From Lama guanicoe (taxonomy: Eukaryota), in NCBI GenBank assembly GCA_013239625.1, contig MU053758.1:3163854-3227853 (forward strand): a DNA stretch of 64,000 nt. Direction: 5' to 3'. This document shows, one piece after another, positions 1 through 14,981 of the stretch; position 1 is the first letter of the stretch, and every line of letters begins with the position of its first letter. Both the position numbers and the translations under genes were made by a program. The notes under the pieces were generated by a model, which was not told where the DNA came from, ran no database searches, and worked only from the letters and a program-made list of their open reading frames with translations.

Positions 1-30
1 GGGTTTTGGAATCGTAATACCAGAGGACGC
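1..30 (-). CDS. SMARCE1: SMARCE1 exon 5 (partial), ASSGITIPKP
   Basis: Minus strand ttttgtag|GCGTCCTCTGGTATTACGATTCCAAAACCC; in frame with exon 4. Confidence 0.93.
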
Positions 31-3000
31 CTACAAAAGAGTTAAATAGATTCATTACTCAGTTGCAGGAAGTTCACCAGCAAACTGAAAAGAGAGTCCC
101 TTAAAAAAATTCTAATGCGCCTTTCTTCTACTCGTCCATGGATACAAGATTCTTATATTTTCTCCACTGAAAATAGCTATCACTGCAAATTCAGAAATGT
201 TCACATCAAAAGGAAATAAAGAAAATGACTTTAAGTACATAATTTTTTTTAATATGTTACTTAGCAGTTTATTGCCACTGCTTTGACAACCTGGCTGTAA
301 GAACAAATAAAATATTACACAGTAATCCATACATCAGAAATAAATGGTTATATATCAGATGTCCCACATTTAGGACACTATCTGGCATCCTTTTATTTAG
401 CTTAATTTACCATTACACATACAGTCAACACTTGATTATCTCACCAGAAGCTGGACCCCTTCAGCACTTACCATACCTCACACTGCCTACAGGAAACTGT
501 TTACTATCTGTACAATTTCAGGAACACACCCCTACATAAACAACAACCACCACCACAAGACCTGCTTCCTAGGTTCAAAAATGAAAAACCTTCTTATCAC
601 CTTTATTCTGACTAGAGATTTTATTTTTGTTAGAGTTCTGTGCCCATAGCTAGTGGTTTTTTTTAAATAAAGGAGTTCAGGAAGTGTGATCTGAAGTCCT
701 GACTTTTTCGCCCTTAGTCTGAATCACTGTAGGAGCAAACACATTTACCAGAAACAGAGAAGTGACAGAAACAGGGCCTGATGAAGTTATTTTTGAGGTC
801 TTATGTCAAGGAACTCCATTTAATTTAAAAAATGCTGGTTTTGTGGGGAAGACATAGAGGGAAAGGAAAAGGAAAACAGAAAAAAGGAGGAGACTGAAAA
901 GCAGTTTTTAAAAAGGTAAAGAAAAAAGTGGGCTAGAGAAAGAAAAAAAAAGAAAGGAAGAGAAAGATGAGAAGCTGGTTCTTTCTGTGGGTTAACTCGA
1001 GCCACCAGACAGCTTTAGTGAGCACCCCAAACATCTCCTCCACCAGGAGTGCCTACTCCTGAACTTCATCTCACCTCTACACACATGGCTGCACGTGATC
1101 AAGGACCTCAAATCAAATCACGGCTGAATCATATTTGCTTTCCCCAGATTTCTGGGAGACTCCTGATAACTGATTCTCCTTGCCAGGCTGGGGGAAGAAG
1201 TGCTGGCTTCACTCTAATTATTCAAAGACAGGAATCAGCAAACCCTTATAAGAAAACTAACTTTGTTCCCTTGCCCTTATGTTGCTGTTGTGATAAAACC
1301 GGAGGGAAGCTCCTCTATTCTGGGCTGAGACCTTAACCGTAACCTAATTTTCCATCCAAGGGCTCAGGGAATAGCATGTCTGTGTCCATTTCACTGCTTT
1401 CAAACAACAATGCTGCCTCTTCCTATAAGGGTGGTCTTCCTCTACCTCTATGTATTTGTCAATAACTGTTTCTTCTTTCTTATGTGAAAATATTTCACCT
1501 TTGAAGCAGTATTTCCTCTGTCTACTCCTCCCATATATTCTTACCACACCCCATGCTGATGCCTATGTAGACAGATCCTGTTTTCAGCCAGCAGTGGGCA
1601 ATGGGGTGAGGTGAGCCGCGGAGGATGGAAACTAAACAGTGGTGGTAGGAAGAGCCAGAAAGAGAAGATCTGTCTCAGTTCTTCGAGGGGAGGTGGAAGA
1701 GGATTTCTGCAAGCTAACCTTATGTCTTACGGATTCAGAACAAGAAACAGAAAAGTCTGATTCTTCATCCATAAAGTTATTAGAAAGTATTTCCAACTTA
1801 TATCCAACACAAACCACCAGAATTTCATGAAGTGAGTTACAAATAAAGTTGGAATTATGCCAGTAACCAAAAGGGATACCAATGTTAACAATTTTTTTAA
1901 AAGAGAGGTAGAGAATTCTAAAATGTCTATGCTTTAATATGTTAAATTAAAACAGTTTAAAAACATATTATAGTAGTATTTGATCTTTGATATTTTTCAA
2001 GGAACTGCATTTTGTAACAATGAATTTGCTTATTTCTCTTCTTTTCTCCCAAAGGAAGGTACCCAAATCATCTACACGCAGAGGCCATATTTTCATTACA
2101 TTGACTAGTTCATTTTACAAGTGCAAACCAAACCAAACCAAATCCAAAACAGTAAGAACAAAGTTAAATTCTAGATGGTTTTTAGGATATTAATGGTTTA
2201 TATGATTAAACATCCCTAATTTATTAACCATCTCAAACAGACATCTTTCTACAACGTCTCAAACATCTCCCTACGCTTTAACAACAACAACAAAAAGCAG
2301 TTTGCACTGCACACACTTAGAACCACTGCTGTGTTATAATCCTCTGGGTTCAGGGGTGGAAAACTGTTGGTCCCTTTATTAAGTGGCCCCGCGGTCATGC
2401 TTTTGGACACCACGTTTTCCGTTTTAGCTGTTTCTTTCCTTGCTGCTATTAGGAAACCTACCTCGAGCAGCAATTGTACCTCTTTCCAATTTTCTGCTTC
2501 CAACTGGCAATGAGTTGGGGGAAAACCAGTAACTATGCAGGTTAAAACTGTGCTTACAAGAAGAGTAAGATTCTGGGGAATCTTCCATGAATAAAGCCCA
2601 TGATTTTCTGAAATTTTGGCTACTCAAGAGTTTTTGTTGTTGTTTCTTTTCAATTTTCAGCTGTTTCTCTGGCAGGATCTTACTTTTCCTTTTGGGATGG
2701 AACCTCCATTAAAGTGCAGAAACAAGCTGTTTTAACATTTTGTCTCAAACTGTTTTCACACCTGTGCTTAAGAGAATGTCAATTATCATCTGCTGAGAAA
2801 CTGACTAGAGTGCATTCCATCTCATAGCTCCTACCATAAGCACTCCAAAAAGCTTCAACTTGGTATGTAAAGTGTTAGACTGTCTGAAAACTGATCCAGT
2901 GCACCGGAGTCATCAGGAAAGCCAGGCATTCTGGGAGACGCTACAGGAAGCTACTTCATAGGGTGTCACTGAATCATTTCTTCAAACCAACGACTGAAGG

Positions 3001-4983
3001 TGATTTGCAAACAGTAATACCAAAGAGGAGCCAAAAAACCAAAACCAACAACCTCTCAACATCCCCCCACCCCACAGAATTGGGGTCATCTTAAAAAATT
3101 TTACATAGGTCAAAATCAGACCTACTGAGTCCTAACCGAGCTTATGTTAACATACACACATACATAAAAGTAGTGCAAAACTTCAGATACAACTAATTTT
3201 CCTAGAGGATGATTCAATGACCTGAGACGTCACTAAAAGTTGAAGAGGCTGGGATTAACACAAGCTACAAGCCTCCACATTTTCTAGGTCCCTCAGCTTA
3301 AGTCTACAGAGCACTTTGATTACACTTTAGTCTGGTGCTGAGAGGACAACACTACAAAGAAAACAACCATTAAGAACCATGACACCAACTTTTCCATGCC
3401 CGACAACCTTCCCATACTAAATTACCCCGAAGCTAGTGCCAACCCCAATGCTGGCTTCTAATACCCCAAGAAGGAATATGGAGAAACGTAACTGGCTCAG
3501 GCCCCAAGATAGTAACTACACTTTCCTTTTCCCAGTTAAGTCTCCACCGAATGATCTCACTGTATTAACAAAGGAGTCCCAAAGATATACCCAAATGAAG
3601 AACAAAATGCTTACAGAAACTGAAACAAATGATTCTAATATTAGTTACCACCATTTCTTTTCCATTAACATAGATAATCAAGAGCTGACTGTATAGAGCT
3701 ATTAAAATGTAATCTTTCTTTTGTTTACTGCCATTGAATAATTTCCTGTATTAACACGAATGATCCAAAATCGATTCTCCTTCTTCTTTAAATTAAATGT
3801 TCTTTATCATTTGGTAACTTTGCCACCTGTCACACTTGTGAAACAACACATTCAGGCCAGGGAAAAACAAGTACCAGTGCACATAAAAATTGTATGCATT
3901 TCACAATGCATACATACACACACCTAATCAGAATTCTTTTCAGATACCATGAAATATGCATGGCACATAAAACTTGATATGCTTATGAAGTACAAATTAT
4001 GCAGAAACAATGAAAAATTTGGACAAACGAAACCTATCAAGCTAAGCAATGTGCTTACCAAGATAGACATACAGTTTGATAGTTACAAGCTTTCTGCACT
4101 AGCTTGACTACAGGGTGAGAGGGTTTTTTTGAAGTCACACTAACTGAATTATTTATGAATACAGCAAACAAAACCTTGTATTAATAACTTTACAGCCATT
4201 CTGGGTTGTATAAATTCTCACCAATACCATACTCCAATGTATGTAGGTATTTGACTTTTGGATTTATTATTTATTTTTGGTAAGTCATTTTTACAGTTAT
4301 TTGTCCCAAACTTCCTTAAATGGAATTTAAGATGATTGTAAAATAAAGTCTGGAGTACATCATCCAATTTTGGTATTTTAGGCTGATCATTTAAATGAAA
4401 CAGCCTAAGTTTCAGAAATTACATCCTTTACCTTCATCCTTCATGGATTATAAGTGCACTTCCAGCTGTAGATATTTATAGTCTAGTAATTCAAATTAAT
4501 TTCATCCCATTTTTGTTCTGCAATTCTTTGAAGTGACATAAAATTTTTTTTTTTTAAACTGGAGAGAAGTGAATCTCAGAAGGTCAACAGTTAAATCCAA
4601 AAGACAAATAATTATGTGCAGCAATTCAAACCGGTAGGGGAGTCAAAAAAAAGCCAGGTCTACAAACCCAGCCTTTATTAAGAAACTAGGTTTGAGCCCA
4701 ATGCCAATTACTTTAAATGAAAGATGCTCTTCATCAAAAAAGGGCATCTTAACCACAGGAAATTCGAGGTTTGTCTACATATCATATGAACGTTAGGTGC
4801 CCAAGGCTGTATCTCTACCAACCACCAAACAGAATCAATTTTTCTTTTCTTCTATATACATATCCAGATCTCACTATTCTTTTTTGTTGTTGTTTTTCAT
4901 GTAAGATTGTACAATGAATATTTAAAATAGTCTAATAGCCAGGTTAAAAAAATTTTTTTTTCAGTGGCTGTGCTGATGATTCA

Positions 4984-5457
<474 letters not shown>

Positions 5458-6505
5458 CTATGGTCAATAGTATGATACAACTTGGTGATTAATGTCTGAG
5501 ATAAGAAAGCTTGAAATGTGATAAACTACAAGTCTGAAAACACTTTACATGCAAAACAAAACATGATTTGTTTGACAGTTATATGAATACCACCAATGTG
5601 TTTATCTACCAAAAGCAAAAACAAGAAATGGGTCGCTTTCAAAGACAGCTTTAAGTCGTTTTATATAGTGCGAGAAATGAGAAGAGGTTCAAATCAGGAA
5701 GCCAGAAGTTGTCAATAGAAAGGAACATATGTGAGATTCAATGGATGTCACATACATGATTTCAAAACAAAGACTTGTAAGAAATGCATGGACTTCATTT
5801 TGGGGGTACTGTCTGATCTTTTGAACCCAGTCATTTTGTTATAGGCCTTCTCTTCCATCTCTTCTTTGATCCATCTTCCAAAGGTCAATCATGGACAATT
5901 CCTGCATTTAGTTTTAATGTGAACTACTTTTCTGGTAGATAGACTTGAACTTTCCTTTCTCATCTAGTTTCCTAACAGCTCTAGCTCTTTCAAACCACAA
6001 CTGCTTATTGCAGCAACAGAATTGTTAGCTTTTGTAAACTGTGTGTTGATGTGATCACAAATGGGCTCTTACATAGCAGTGCCCTTCGTGGTTAATAAAA
6101 TGACATCCAATGTTCATGAGAATCAAGGTATAATGCATAAAAAGGATGTAGCAAAGAGAGACCCAAAGTAGGGTATTTCACCTAATAAAACTCAATCAAA
6201 ACAAGTGACAGTAATTTCATTTTAACATGCAATTAACCATATCAGTGCTGAACAGTATAATGCATCCCAACTAAGCTATAGTTGTTATAAACACAACTTT
6301 CTAAAACATGCCATTGCACATATCCTTAGTGTCCGAAAGACATTCAAGCAGATAATACATTTGATATTCTTTAGAAGAGAACACTGATCAGTTTCTAGTC
6401 TATGTAGTTATAGAAGACGCAAATCAAGCATATTTAAGTAGGCAAAACACAGATGAGGTATCAAAGGCACAAAAGAAGTGTATGTTACTTGGAGTGGTAC
6501 ATTTG

Positions 6506-6563
6506 GGTGGTGGTGGGTGGAGGTGGTGGTGATGGTGGAGGTGGTGGTGGTGGTGGTGGTGGT
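6506..6563 (+). repeat. (GGT)n-rich trinucleotide microsatellite in SMARCE1 intron 3
   Basis: ggtggtggtgggtggaggtggtggtgatggtggaggtggtggtggtggtggtggt. Confidence 0.9.
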
Positions 6564-8156
6564 AGAAGAAATGGAAAAAAAAAAAAAAGGAAGGATAACT
6601 CATTTAATATCCATTCTGCTGGATGTCCTAACCCCTAGTCTTCTGTATTTTATGTGTAAATGTGAAATTATCATGGTACAGAAGTATGACTAAACAAAGG
6701 TAAAAATATCCCTTTCTACATTTAAGAAGCCATAGGGTTGGTTTTTGAGCTATTTTTACTATCTCGAAAAAATCAAGTTTGTCTTCAAGATCTTATACAC
6801 TGTCAGAGGTAGCATTTGCAACAAAGTGACACCTTCAAAGGTTGCATAAACAATGAGAATCACTGTTCAACATTATGAGGCAATAATGTAAGAAAATTAA
6901 GGAAGGGAGCTTAGGAAAAAAAATTGAAACTAAAAGGTTACAATTATACCATTTCCAAAAATGAAGTACATAGTTAGCTCTTTGAGGTCAGAAATCTCAA
7001 CTGTTCAACTCCACCTGTATAGCCACCAGCAGAGTGCCAAGGAGATGGTCATAAGAAATGTTCTTTGATTTAAGAAAGAAAACAAACCAAACACAGGACT
7101 TTAAGATCTACTGGAAGTAACTTTATAAAGACTGTATGTTATACAAATTGAGCTGAGAACATGTGATACAGTATCTCTTTTTAAAAGCATCTTACTAAGT
7201 TTAATCAAACTGCTGATACACATAACTAAAACATACATCTGAGGGTTAGTAAATAAAAGTAGTCATCTAGTGGAAAAAACAAAATTACACAAGGACCCTA
7301 ATTAGTAAGCTAGCCAGAAGTTTAGGGGTAGGGGGTATGGTAGGAGGGCTAAAAGCTTTAGTTAAAGAACTTCTTTTGTAGGATATGGTCAATGTTAACA
7401 GTGTTTTGTTTTCCGTTTTTAAATAAAAAAACAAGGAATCCATTTCAGCAAGGCCTGAACAGTTACTGTTAAATCTGTTTGTGGATTAGATAATTATTTT
7501 ACATGCTGACCAAGCTGGGCCAGAGCTTGCTAGGTGAAAAACTAGTTCACAACTATTATTTAGACACTTTGAAACTTAAAACTTCTGAAACCAATAAAAC
7601 ATTATTATTGTTACTTTGAAATCAATAAAATATTATTTATGCAGTAAAATTCAATAGCAGGATCTGACCCACAGATAATGAAATCCTCACTTGAACAGCT
7701 TGAAAAATAAAGATTTACAATAAGTGTTACTATAGAACTGGAAGCTTTAAGGTTTGATTTAACATGAAAATTATATATAGACAAGGAGAGAAAAATGTAA
7801 CCAGTTGAAGGTTAGGTTTAATAATAATAAATGCCAAAACCAGCATTTATTCCTTATTAACTTTCCAGACTCTTAATAGAGATTAACAAGAAAGAAGTGT
7901 TAAACTTGTCACTTATTCCCAATTAAAAAAAAGAACTGAGCATAAGAGGTTGGCATTTCAGGAGTATGTTGCTTTAAATGTTGGGGTTGGTTCAAGGTAA
8001 GATGCAGAGTTATTTTATTTAGCAGGAAGTGCTGTTTTTTAGCTGAATTTTTCATCCTGTTGCTGTGATGACTGAGTGACTGTCACTGGAAGACATCTGG
8101 GTTTTTGTATCAAGGCCAGACTTGGCTATTACATTAACAAGAAAATTAAAACTTAC

Positions 8157-8200
8157 TGTTGCAGGAGCTGGGGTGGGAGGTGGGGCATAAGATGGTCTTT
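8157..8200 (-). CDS. SMARCE1: SMARCE1 exon 3 (44 nt)
   Basis: ttcaaacag|AAAGACCATCTTATGCCCCACCTCCCACCCCAGCTCCTGCAACA|gtaagt; encodes (K)RPSYAPPPTPAPAT. Confidence 0.96.
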
Positions 8201-8375
8201 CTGTTTGAAAGAAAATAAATAACTTCTTGTAAACAACTGAGATATAATACTATGCAACAAAACTACCAATGGTCCTGTTTTGAAGAAAAAAAATGAGAGT
8301 ATTTTGGAATTCCCACTTGCTAGGGCATTAGTCTCTTATTAATATAGATTGATAAATATAAAAAATGAAACTTAC

Positions 8376-8382
8376 TTGACAT
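8376..8382 (-). CDS. SMARCE1: SMARCE1 exon 2 coding part (ATGTCAA); whole exon is 8376-8427
   Basis: ttttag|TGTCTCAGATTC...CCAAAATGTCAA|gtaag; start codon at 8382-8380. Confidence 0.93.
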
Positions 8383-9789
8383 TTTGGAAGATTAAGTTCT
8401 CAGTTCCTTAAGAATGAATCTGAGACACTAAAATAAAAAAAGAAAAAAAAAGAAAAAAAAAGATAATCAAAACTCAGCAAGCATAAAAGAATGTTTTCCT
8501 AAAGAATAGGGTAGTTTACTTGGTATTTCTTAGTAAAATTACATTATGTTCTAGTAATCAAGCCTTTTAAAAAGTTTACTAGTTCTTTAGGTCATTTGGT
8601 TGATCAAAATAAAACAACTGAAACAAATTGCTGGGGATATTAATGTAATATTAGACTTGTACTTGCAAGGTTTTATTCTTTGTTTTGTTTTTATGATACT
8701 GAGCCACCTCTTGTATGTCAAACATTTTGCTGATGCCATTTAATCAGATTGATAAAAATATGACAATAGAATGTGATATGTTATCAGGGCCTACCGCAAC
8801 AAGGCGTACCAGATACTGACAGCTCCCTGATTAGCCACATCGCTACCTTCCTTTTAGGATAACAACTTCTATGAAAATGGAGCAGCATTTTATTCCAGGA
8901 GGCAGTGCAAAAGATAACTGGTGTGATAATGACCTTTACATTCTCTTTATGACTGCTGGGAACCAATTTTGAGAGTCTACCTGAAACTCTTATTAACTCT
9001 TCTCAGCCCATTTCAAAACACAACATCTCCGTGGAGCGTTCTTGACAAATTAGCCGTGCAGAATTAATTGTTTCCTCATCTATACTCCCATCCAATTTAC
9101 ATAGCATCGTATTATACCTGTTACTATGAGTAGATTGAGAGCTGCTTGGGAACAGGGACCATCTAAGTCATTACTGCAGTCCCAGTACCTAGCTCAATTC
9201 TTAATACATTGTCTTAGTATTACTAGCTCACGACTCGACCAGACACGTGAGCTAGTTCCCTAAATCAATATACATCACACACAGTGCGTACAAAGAGAAA
9301 AACATTCATTTTTAGAAAAAAGGCAGTAACTTCTATGATTACTGGAGCACTTTCATCCAATATTATGAGAAACAAACATGATTTTTTCTTGCTTTCATTC
9401 TGCATTTTAAAGGAATTTCTGGAGCATTAGGAATAAGAAGCCTGTTATGCAAACAGTTTATTTTTTTCAATGGCCCAACCTGGGTCTCCCCCTCTCTCCT
9501 TAAGGAACAGGCACAAAACTAGCTGAATCTGGTGCAGATTTCCTGCCTTCTCACATTCAGGTAGGCTGTCAACATTCAGTAGGCCTTGCTGTGGGGAGCC
9601 CTGACAATAACATTTACAAGTTCCCTGGCACATCACACTTCATTGTTAATACTTTAAAATTACTGATCTCCTTTGCTATACTATAAATTCTAAGAGTAAG
9701 AGTGAGCTTGTTAACATCTGTCCACCACCGGATCCATCCCCGGTGCCTGGCATCGAATCGTGGAGAAGTATTTGTTCAATACATTATAC

Positions 9790-9995
9790 GGGACGGACTT
9801 ATTACTTATACCATCTGGTTTAATAGTCACAGCTACCAACAAGAAGTGTACTGCAATTTCCATTTTACAGAGGAAAAAAGGGAGTCTCGGCGAGTTTAAG
9901 TAACTTGTCTAAAGACACACAGCCAGGAAGTGCCAGAGTGGGGTTTCAAACCCAGGCCAAACTGTTCCGAGCTTTCGCTCTGCACCCTAAGCCAC
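9790..9995 (+). mobile_element. MIR-like SINE fragment
   Basis: Core-like text cattttacagaggaaaaaagggagtctcggcgagtttaagtaacttgtctaaagacacacagccaggaagtgccagagtggggtttcaaacccagg. Confidence 0.7.
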
Positions 9996-9999
9996 ACCG

Positions 10000-11220
10000 T
10001 GAGTCGCTGCCTGAACCACGGGGAAACCACCTTCCGGGGGTGGGGGTGGGGGGGAGGACCAGGGGCTTGGCTTGTACCCCGGGGCTTCCTCGGAGGTCGT
10101 TTCCTTTAGGTTTGCTGAGAAGGATGCACTTTACCAGTAACTCTGCTAAAGAGGGTATGCAGAAGTGCTCTGAGCAATCTCGCAGGGTTGGTGGACGGGG
10201 CACCTCTGGCTGCCAAGGAGGAGCCCCAGATGGGACTCCCTCCCCACCCTCGCTCCGCTAGGCCTCAGAGAGGCCGCAACCGGCCCCCGGCTCTGGCCCC
10301 ACGGCCGAGCCCGAACCCCAGCAACCCCCGGGAACTCGGGGTCCGGCCAAGCCGGGACACCACGCCTCGCTACCCTCCCGACCCAGTCGGGCCCAGTCGG
10401 AAACACTCACCCGCGGGCAGAAAAAGCGCCCGCAGCTCCGGCCTCGCTTCCCTTTGTCCCGCGCACGCCCCGCCCCTCGCGTCCGGAGCTTCCGCACTCG
10501 CACTTTCCACACTCTTCTTAATTCCTTTCCAGGCCCCACCCGACCCTCTTTAGAAAGATAAACCTTCTAGTGAGGACGCGGTAGTGCCGATTACGGGCAA
10601 GGATTTTTTTTCAGACCCCATACGTCTCTCCAAACTCCCCGAATTTGGGTATTTTGCCAGCCGGGTGCCGATTCGTCACAGCGGAGAGGGCGGAGGTGGC
10701 CCGACCGAGGGGTAGGCCCCGGACTCCGCGGCCGTGAGGAGCAGGAGCGGCGACGGGTGACGCGGCGGGAGGTGCGAAGCTGCGCCGAGGGGAGGTGGGA
10801 GTGCGGCCTCGGCTTCCCCGCGCGGGGCCGGAAGGCGGCGGGAAGCGCGCCCGGCCGCGAGCCCCGGAACCACTGTGGCCGCGCGGGACGCGCGCCACCC
10901 GGGCCAGGCTCGGGCCGCACACGCCCCCGCGAGTTTTTAGAGGATGGCGGCGGCCAGCGCCCGGTTCTCCGAGTTTCGGTCCCTAGGCGCGCCTCACCCG
11001 GCTTCCTGCCCTAACGGCCCGGCAGAAGCCCTGGCGAAAGCAACACGGACTTTTTCAGTTTTCCGAAGCGCGAGGCTCGTGTTATTGCTGCAGGTTTTTG
11101 AGCCAAGGCCCGGAGATGTTAACCCCCTCGTCCCAGGTTGTGTGTCTTAGAAACGAGGGGCCGGGGTCTCAGTCCCAGCGCGCGCCCTCGCTCATTCTGC
11201 TCCTTTCGCCGGGAAGGACT
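10000..11220. promoter_or_regulatory. CpG island / SMARCE1 promoter
   Basis: Very GC- and CpG-rich against AT-rich flanks. GC box CCCCGCCCC (~10468), ETS-like CCGGAAG (~10829), YY1-like GATGGCGGC (~10943). Confidence 0.9.
10411..10530 (-). other. SMARCE1: SMARCE1 non-coding exon 1 (5' boundary approximate)
   Basis: Donor CTGCCCGCGG|gtgagt at 10411/10410 inside the CpG island; GC-rich 5' UTR. Confidence 0.8.
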
Positions 11221-13652
11221 GCTTTTCACTTTTCAGCTGAGATTCATCTGCCCTTCCGGCTCCAGCTCAAATTGTTTGTGATGCCCTTCTGGAACTCCTC
11301 CCCCCGTCCAGCCCTTCCCAAAGTTGTTTGATAACTTTATTATCGTCTTCACTTGATACATGGTGTCGGAAGGTTCAGCCATCTGCATTGGTCATCTTCG
11401 TCTCGCCAGTGCCCAGTAAGGGCTTGACACATTATTAGATGCTCAGTAAATGTGTATTGAGGCAGCCTCTGGTCTAGTCCAGGGCTCTTTCCACTAAATC
11501 ATGAGTACTTTGATTTACTAGTTAGTAGCCTCTCCTTGGATATACAAACACCTGGCCGATGTTGTGGGTTACTGTGGAGGGAGAAGGATCTGAAATTACT
11601 TGAAAACAGTATTGACGTCTAGAGTGACTGATTTCTTCAGCTGCCTTTAGCCACGCATTCTATAGAAGTCTGCGAAGCCAGGGACAAGTGACCATCTGTC
11701 CAGTTCTTCCACCTCCAGTATTTTTAAACTCATGAATAGAGATTAGTGAAATCGAAGAGCGTTTGGAAGGGAAAGATTAAAAAAGAGGTCATTAAAGGCT
11801 AAAGAGGTCATTAAAGCCTGAATGGTGCTTGAGCTAATGTACATGAAATTGCTTTTCCTTTTCCTTTTTTTTTTTTTAAACATAAGAGCATCAGAGACAT
11901 AGATTAATGTAAGGTACACGAAGGCCTCAGCAGGTATGGCAGTACTCTCCTCGGGCTTTTACGGTGGGGTATTGGATTGGGCTGCGCTGGGGCAGGAGCT
12001 CTGTTGTTCCATCTCTAGGCAGTCGTCTGAAGAAAACCTGAAGGTGCTGGGTGTTAGGAACAAAGTACACCATAGTGGGAAAGGGCTGGCACAAACAATG
12101 GTGGAAAAGGAAAGAAGGGGATTTCAGTGGAGCATTTCATTTCATTCCCATGCCTTTACTCAAAAGTCACCTTCCCAGTAGGCCTTTCCTGACCTACTTA
12201 AAATTACAGCTCATTCCTCCGCCTCCCCGCTCTTCATGGTCTGTGCTGTTTTTTCCTGCAGCACTTCTCACAAGCATACTATATTTGTTATGGGGTTGGT
12301 TTTTTCTTCTCATCAGAATGAAAGCTCCTTGAGAGGGGGTCTTTGAACATCTGGAACAGTGCACTCTCAGGTGCTGAATATTTGTGGAGTGAATAAATGA
12401 GTGACTGTCTCGTTTTCATCCTTTTGGTTCTTTCTCTACTCCGAGGATTTGCAAAAGTAAAGGAAGAATAAAGGCAAAATATGATAGAGAAAGCCCTAGA
12501 AATTAAAACCTAGAAATTAAGAGTGAAATATAGCAGAATGGACTCCACTTACACTGAGTTGTTTTTTCCCCCAAGCAAACATCGGGACATATAATCTTGC
12601 ACATACAGGGTTATTGATGGGGACCACAGGATAGACTTTTGGAATGGTGATTATTCCTGGAAAATATGAGATGCATCATTAATGTGACTGTTTAAACTGT
12701 ATGTAACTGTAAAGTTGTTGGGAGCCCTCGCAGGTACCTAGTGGTAAACCCCAGAACGCATCTTAGAACCGAGTAGTTTAGTTTTCTTTCTGGCAGCAAG
12801 ATCTGGGAACTTGGCCTGCTTTCCTCTCTGACACTAGGAAGTATGATTCCTTGAGTTCTTCTTTCCTGCAAGGCAGGGAAACCAAAACAGGCAAGTGACT
12901 AGTAGACCTAGGATTGAAGTCCAGGTTTCTTCAATTTCTGTGAGGGAGACAGTTAAGGGTAGAAAGAAAACCATGACTGGGAAGGAAGCAGAGAAGGGAG
13001 AAAATGGGAGAGAACAAGGGAAAACCCATAGCTCTTGGGCACTTAGTAGTCTGTGAATTGGCTCTAGGAGGTTTATTTCTTTATAGCCCTTTATAATTGT
13101 ATATAATTTTTAGGTGCTTCCCCCACCCCCTCAGATAGAGGGTTTGGAGTTTAACAGGTTTTCAAAGAGGTTTGTGGCTCAAAAAAGATTTTGAACCAAC
13201 CGCTGAGCTGTGCAATTTATAGTTTGGTCTAATGAAACTTATTTAAATGGCTTTTTTTTTTCTTAAAATAGGGAAGGAAAGGACAGAACTCTGTCCGAGC
13301 CAAATAGTTTATAAAAGTCTGGCCATAGGAAAAATGGTGAAATAAGCTAGTTTTCTTAGCCATGCTTGTGAAAGCACAAGTGATGGCTATTCAGTTGCTA
13401 TCTCTAGAAATTGTTGTGAAATATCGAACCCCAGCAGATTGCCAGGACTGAGTGATTCATGATGTTTTGTAGAATTTGACCAAGTAGGTTTGCTTTTACA
13501 GCCTTCAGCAGTGCCTTCAAAATACCTGGGGATTTGAGACATGAGCTTTGACACATAGTGTGGAAAAGGATGAAAGTGTTTGAAAACAGGATGGTCCCGG
13601 GGAATCTGAGGTATGGTCCATCATTCACAGACCTTATTTGAGGGTCAAGGGC

Positions 13653-13866
13653 AGGTGTTGGCAGACCACAGGTGCAGGCCAGATCTGGGCTGCCTCCTGT
13701 TTTTGTGGTTTTATTAGGACACAGCCATGCCAATTTATTTATGTATTATTTATGTAACAGCTGTTTTCAGCTACAAAGGCAGAGTTGAATAGTTCCAGGG
13801 ATTGTATGGCCCTGAAAAATCTAAAATCCCTGCTCCGTGGGCTTTTACAAAGTTTGCCAACCCTGG
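13653..13866. mobile_element. hAT/Charlie MITE (MER58-like)
   Basis: Terminal inverted repeats caggtgttggcag...ttgccaaccctg; internal text ttttattaggacacagccatgcc is typical of MER58A. Confidence 0.65.
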
Positions 13867-14899
13867 TCTAGGGTCTCAGTGGTTAAGGGAAACTGGAAAA
13901 GGCTTGTACTGATTTACACTTACACCTTATTTCAAAATATTTGTGGCATGCCCTTGAACACTGGCGATCTGTGCGTAAGTACTGGTCACAACTTATAAGC
14001 ATAGAACCAAATTCTACCCTGTGCACAAACTCCTTTGATTTCATGTGCCGATAATTTGAGTCATGTGTGTATGCATAGTATTTAGCTAAAGTTTATTTTT
14101 GGTCCATGTGCCATAATAGCATTCCATTTGAAACTTTCCATTTTTTTTTCACATTAGAGAACATTTTGTACTTTAAACTATTATGGTAGAACCGTTCAGA
14201 TTGGATAACTCACTGAGAAAGAATGACTCTTCTAGCAGTAACTGAAGAATTAAAAATTTTTTCTTTACTTGTTGTGTTTTGAACTACTACTTAGTCATTG
14301 TCAACATAATTATCCTCCCAAATTCTCTCCTGGTGACAATTTTCATCCAAATAGTACTGTGTATTTGAGTAGTGCTTTGCCAGATCTTTTCACGAATGTA
14401 GTTATTTCAGACAGCTTTGTGAGGTAGGCAGAGTAGGAATTATGATCAAGCACCACCTTTCCTTTCATTTTCAGGTGTGAAAAATTGAGGCCTAGGGAAT
14501 TTAAATGAGTCCTTCCTGGTTTCAGGGGTCAGTAGTGACAGCCCCAGGGCTGGGATCCTGCAATTGTTGATAATTAGAATCATTATTTACTTTTGTATTT
14601 TGTTATGGAATCATGCGTTTGAACCATTTCAGAGAGATTGAAGGGTATTAATTTCTTTTCATCCATACAGTGAGGATAATATTATGCATCTTCCAGGATT
14701 ATCATAGGGATGAGGGATTGTGCACAAAGATGTTGAGGACAGGGCCAGGAGCAGAGTGAGCGCTCTCCCAATGGTGACTGTTCGTATATGTTTTTCCCTG
14801 GGATTATGGGATTATTTTTATTTTTATTTTTAAAATCAGACTATATCATGTGTTAGAATATACCATTCTAAATTTTTCTCTTGTAAAATTTTTTCTTTT

Positions 14900-14981
14900 G
14901 TATAGCTCAGTGGTAGAGTGCATGCCTAACAGGCACGAGGTCCTGGGTTCAATCCACAGTACCTCTGTTCAAAAAAAAAAA
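14900..14981 (+). mobile_element. tRNA-Ala-derived SINE (camelid Vic-1-like), short form
   Basis: gtatagctcagtggtagagtgcatgcctaacaggcacgaggtcctgggttcaatccacagtacctc followed by an A tail; A and B boxes present. Confidence 0.85.

Noticed and set aside
9905..11331. Many overlapping ORFs on both strands
   Set aside because: Expected by-product of a stop-poor CpG island; Pro/Arg/Gly-rich with no recognisable domain.
11782..11819. 19-bp direct tandem duplication (aaagaggtcattaaagg/cct)
   Set aside because: Two copies only; ordinary slippage duplication with no evident function.
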